A DNA stretch of 64,000 bases from Antechinus flavipes (Eukaryota): the NCBI RefSeq assembly GCF_016432865.1, contig NC_067399.1, forward strand, positions 124,496,001 through 124,560,000. The letters run 5' to 3'. The first letter of the stretch is position 1. Every line of letters begins with the position of its first letter. The notes beneath the pieces were generated by a model. That model made no database searches. It was not told where the DNA came from and was given only the letters and a program-made list of their open reading frames with translations. This document shows positions 61,359 to 64,000 of the stretch, in pieces. The position numbers and the translations under genes were made by a program.

Positions 61359-62129
61359 GCAATTTGGAACTATGCTCAAAAAGTTCTCAAACTGTGCATA
61401 CTCTTCGATCTAGCAGTGTTACAACTAGGCTTATACCCTAAAGAGATACTAAAGAAGGGAAATGGACCTATATGTACCAAAATGTTTGTGGCAGCCCTGT
61501 TTGTAGTGGCTAGAAATTGGAAAATGAATGGATGCCCATCAATTGGAGAATGGTTGGGTAAATTGTGGTATATGAATGTTATGGAATATTATTGTTCTGT
61601 AAGAAATGACCAACAGGATGAATACAGAGAGGCTTGGAGAGACTTATATGAACTGATGCTGAGTGAAATGAGCAGAACCAGAAGATCATTATACACTTCA
61701 ACAACTATACTGTATGAGGATGTATTCTGATGGAAGTGGATATCTTCAACAAAGAGAAGATCCAATACAGTTCCAACTGATCAATGATGGACAGGATCAG
61801 CTACACCCAGAGAAGGAACACTGGGAAATGAATGTGGACTACTTGCATTTTTGTTTTTCTTCCCAGGTTATTTTTACCTTCTGAATCCAATTTTTTCTTG
61901 TGCAACAAGAGAACTGTACGGATCTGCACACATATATTATATCTAAGATATACTTCAACATGTTTAACATGTATGAGACTGCCTGCCATGTAGGGGAGGG
62001 GGTGGAAAGAGGAAAGGGAAAGTTGGAACAGAAGTGAGTGCAAGGGACAATGTTGCAAAAATTACCCATGCACATGTTCTGTCAATAAAAAGCTATAAAA
62101 AATAAAATAAAATATAGATTGGAAAAAAA
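61359..62129 (+). mobile_element. 5'-truncated L1
   Basis: ORF 61323-61730 is an open L1 ORF2 C-terminus (IWNYAQKVLKLCILFD..CPSIGEWLGKLWYMN..TTILYEDVF) followed by 3' UTR and A-rich tail; no TSD found. Confidence 0.92.
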
Positions 62130-62644
62130 GAATGAAGATCCTCAAGGGCAAGAACTACTTTTGTCTTTATATTTTGGTCCCTAACATTTAGTAGGCTGCT
62201 TGGCACATAGTAAATGCTTAAACGCTTTTTATTCATCCATCTATCCATCCATTTATTTATCCTAGGATTCCTTCTAGCCAAATTTCTATTATCATGACTT
62301 GCCCAAATATGCATAGCTAGAAAGTGGAAGAACAACTTATTCTAAATCTCGAGTTCATTCCACTGTAACACAGTTTTTTACTTGTTTGTGTGTTTGTTTT
62401 AGCCCTAAATCTTGAGATCAGGGATTAGATTTTATATCAAACTGTATCCTACTGCCCCATACCTTTCCTAACATAGTACTAGGCACATAAGAGGCACAGA
62501 GAAAATATTGATTAGTAAATGAATAAATAAATGAATTTTTCTAAGGCTGTTTTAAAGTCATTTGTATTTATAGTTTACACTACTTTTTCATATGATTAGT
62601 CTCATTACCTCTTTCATTTTTACAAAATTAGCCTCTTTTATGTT

Positions 62645-62695
62645 TCCAAATGTTAAGATATTATCTTTAATTAAGATAATATCTTAATATTTGGA
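62645..62695. other. Near-perfect inverted repeat / hairpin (23-bp stem, 5-nt loop)
   Basis: tccaaatgttaagatattatctt-taatt-aagataatatcttaatatttgga; 22/23 Watson-Crick pairs plus one G:T wobble. Confidence 0.9.
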
Positions 62696-64000
62696 GTAAG
62701 GACAGGTCACTGTGCCCAAAGTTATATGAAATAATAATATATGTAGAGTTCTGTGGAAACCTTAAGGCACTTAATATAAAGGTCAATTGCTATTATAATT
62801 ATCTGTGATTTCATCAACCTTTTATTTTTTTATGTCTTTATTATTTTCAACTGAAAAGTACAGGCCCATTCCAAGTCAATTATCATTTTCATAGTTCTGT
62901 TCAGTGGAAAATGAGGGATTAAACAATGCATAATTATAACCAAAATTAACTCACATGGAAGAGCATGAGCATTGTTGCTATCAGAAAGTAAGGCTGAGAG
63001 ATGAGGATAGAAAGACATGAAGAAGGAAATGTAAATTGAAGCTTCAAAACCAAAGGGATTAAGGCAAACCAAAACAAGGTACAAACTGAGTCAATTGGAT
63101 TTTCATTGAAAGACCTTACATAAATCAAAGCTCAGCCATTTGGTAACTGTGTCACTTTGGGCAAATCCTAGATTTTCTTTGTATATTTATTTTCTCATCT
63201 ATAAGGTAAGAAACCTGGACTGAGTAATTTCTGAAGTGTCTTCTAATTTTAATCCAATGATCCTATGTTTACTAGCTGTGTTACTTTAATTAAGTCACTT
63301 GTCTTCTGAACTGTAAAATGGGGTCAATGATATTAACTTTGCCATCTTATTAGAAGATTGTATATATCTCAAATTGTAGAAGAACCCATAAATCAATTGG
63401 ATCTTCAGATCAGGGTAGGGTTTCAATAGAAGGTCAATCCAAAACTCAGAGACTCTTAGGGATTTCTGATATTTATGTTCTGCTGCTCATTCATTCTTAC
63501 CTTTTCATCTTAACTTAAGTACAGTAGACTTGCTTTAAAAAGTGATTTTCATTATTATACCTTTTTCATTGGTCCTGTACTGCTGAATAATCCTTGGTAA
63601 AATTTAAACACTAAGTCACCATTCATTTCCATTTAGACCACATAGACAAATATCTTCAAAATGGTCATTAGCATAATTGTCTCCAAAGGTTCTCAACCTC
63701 CCTTTTCCTATTCACTCCCAAGAGTCTATAAACTCTAGAAAGAGTATTTTTTTCTAGTACTTTAGAAAGCTCCCCCCCACAAAAAAAAATAGAACTTAAC
63801 AAAGTGAGATTGGTTACTTTGGGTTTTCAATGCTATATTTACAAAGGGATTATTCCCTTTAAACTAGGAGAAGCTGGCTATATCCAGGCAAGAAACAGAT
63901 GACAGAGATCAAGGTTTTCATGATAATCAAAGTCTAGGTGCCTGAGACTTCATGCACATGTTAAGGGATTACTGGTCCTCATCAAATGGATGCAAAATCA

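Noticed and set aside
1-64000. CRISPR array, non-retroviral endogenous viral element, or RSX-like tandem-repeat lncRNA
   Set aside because: No regularly spaced repeat-spacer array, no ORF resembling filo-, borna- or parvovirus proteins that I could recognise, and no long multi-unit tandem repeat domain. A translated search against viral proteins would be needed to exclude highly decayed EVEs.

Overview
AT-rich, CpG-depleted marsupial genomic DNA. The L1 3' UTRs, MAR1/MIR SINEs, RTE/BovB-type LINEs and an OC1-type hAT MITE point to an Australian marsupial, most likely a dasyurid (inference). I could not support any host protein-coding exon, tRNA/rRNA gene or CRISPR array, so the window reads as intergenic or deep-intronic. 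Most of it is fragmented transposable elements (L1, L2, L3/CR1, RTE, SINEs, hAT MITEs, solo LTRs), many nested. The most structured region is ~28.9-34.3 kb, a same-orientation stack of three different endogenous retrovirus 5' ends. Each has its own tRNA primer-binding site (Pro at 29155, Lys-type at 29625, Glu-type at 31607). The stack also holds a betaretrovirus-like gag pseudogene, a perfect 39-bp inverted duplication at one junction, tandemly repeated U5/PBS units and an ERV3/HERV-E-like env remnant. Other notable items: a near-identical 1.7-kb tandem duplication (7203-10636), several L1 insertions with intact or decaying target-site duplications, a solo LTR nested in a BovB-type RTE, and a 23-bp-stem hairpin at 62645-62695. 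Family names come from recalled consensus motifs, not database searches. Boundaries are approximate unless a TSD or TIR is quoted.
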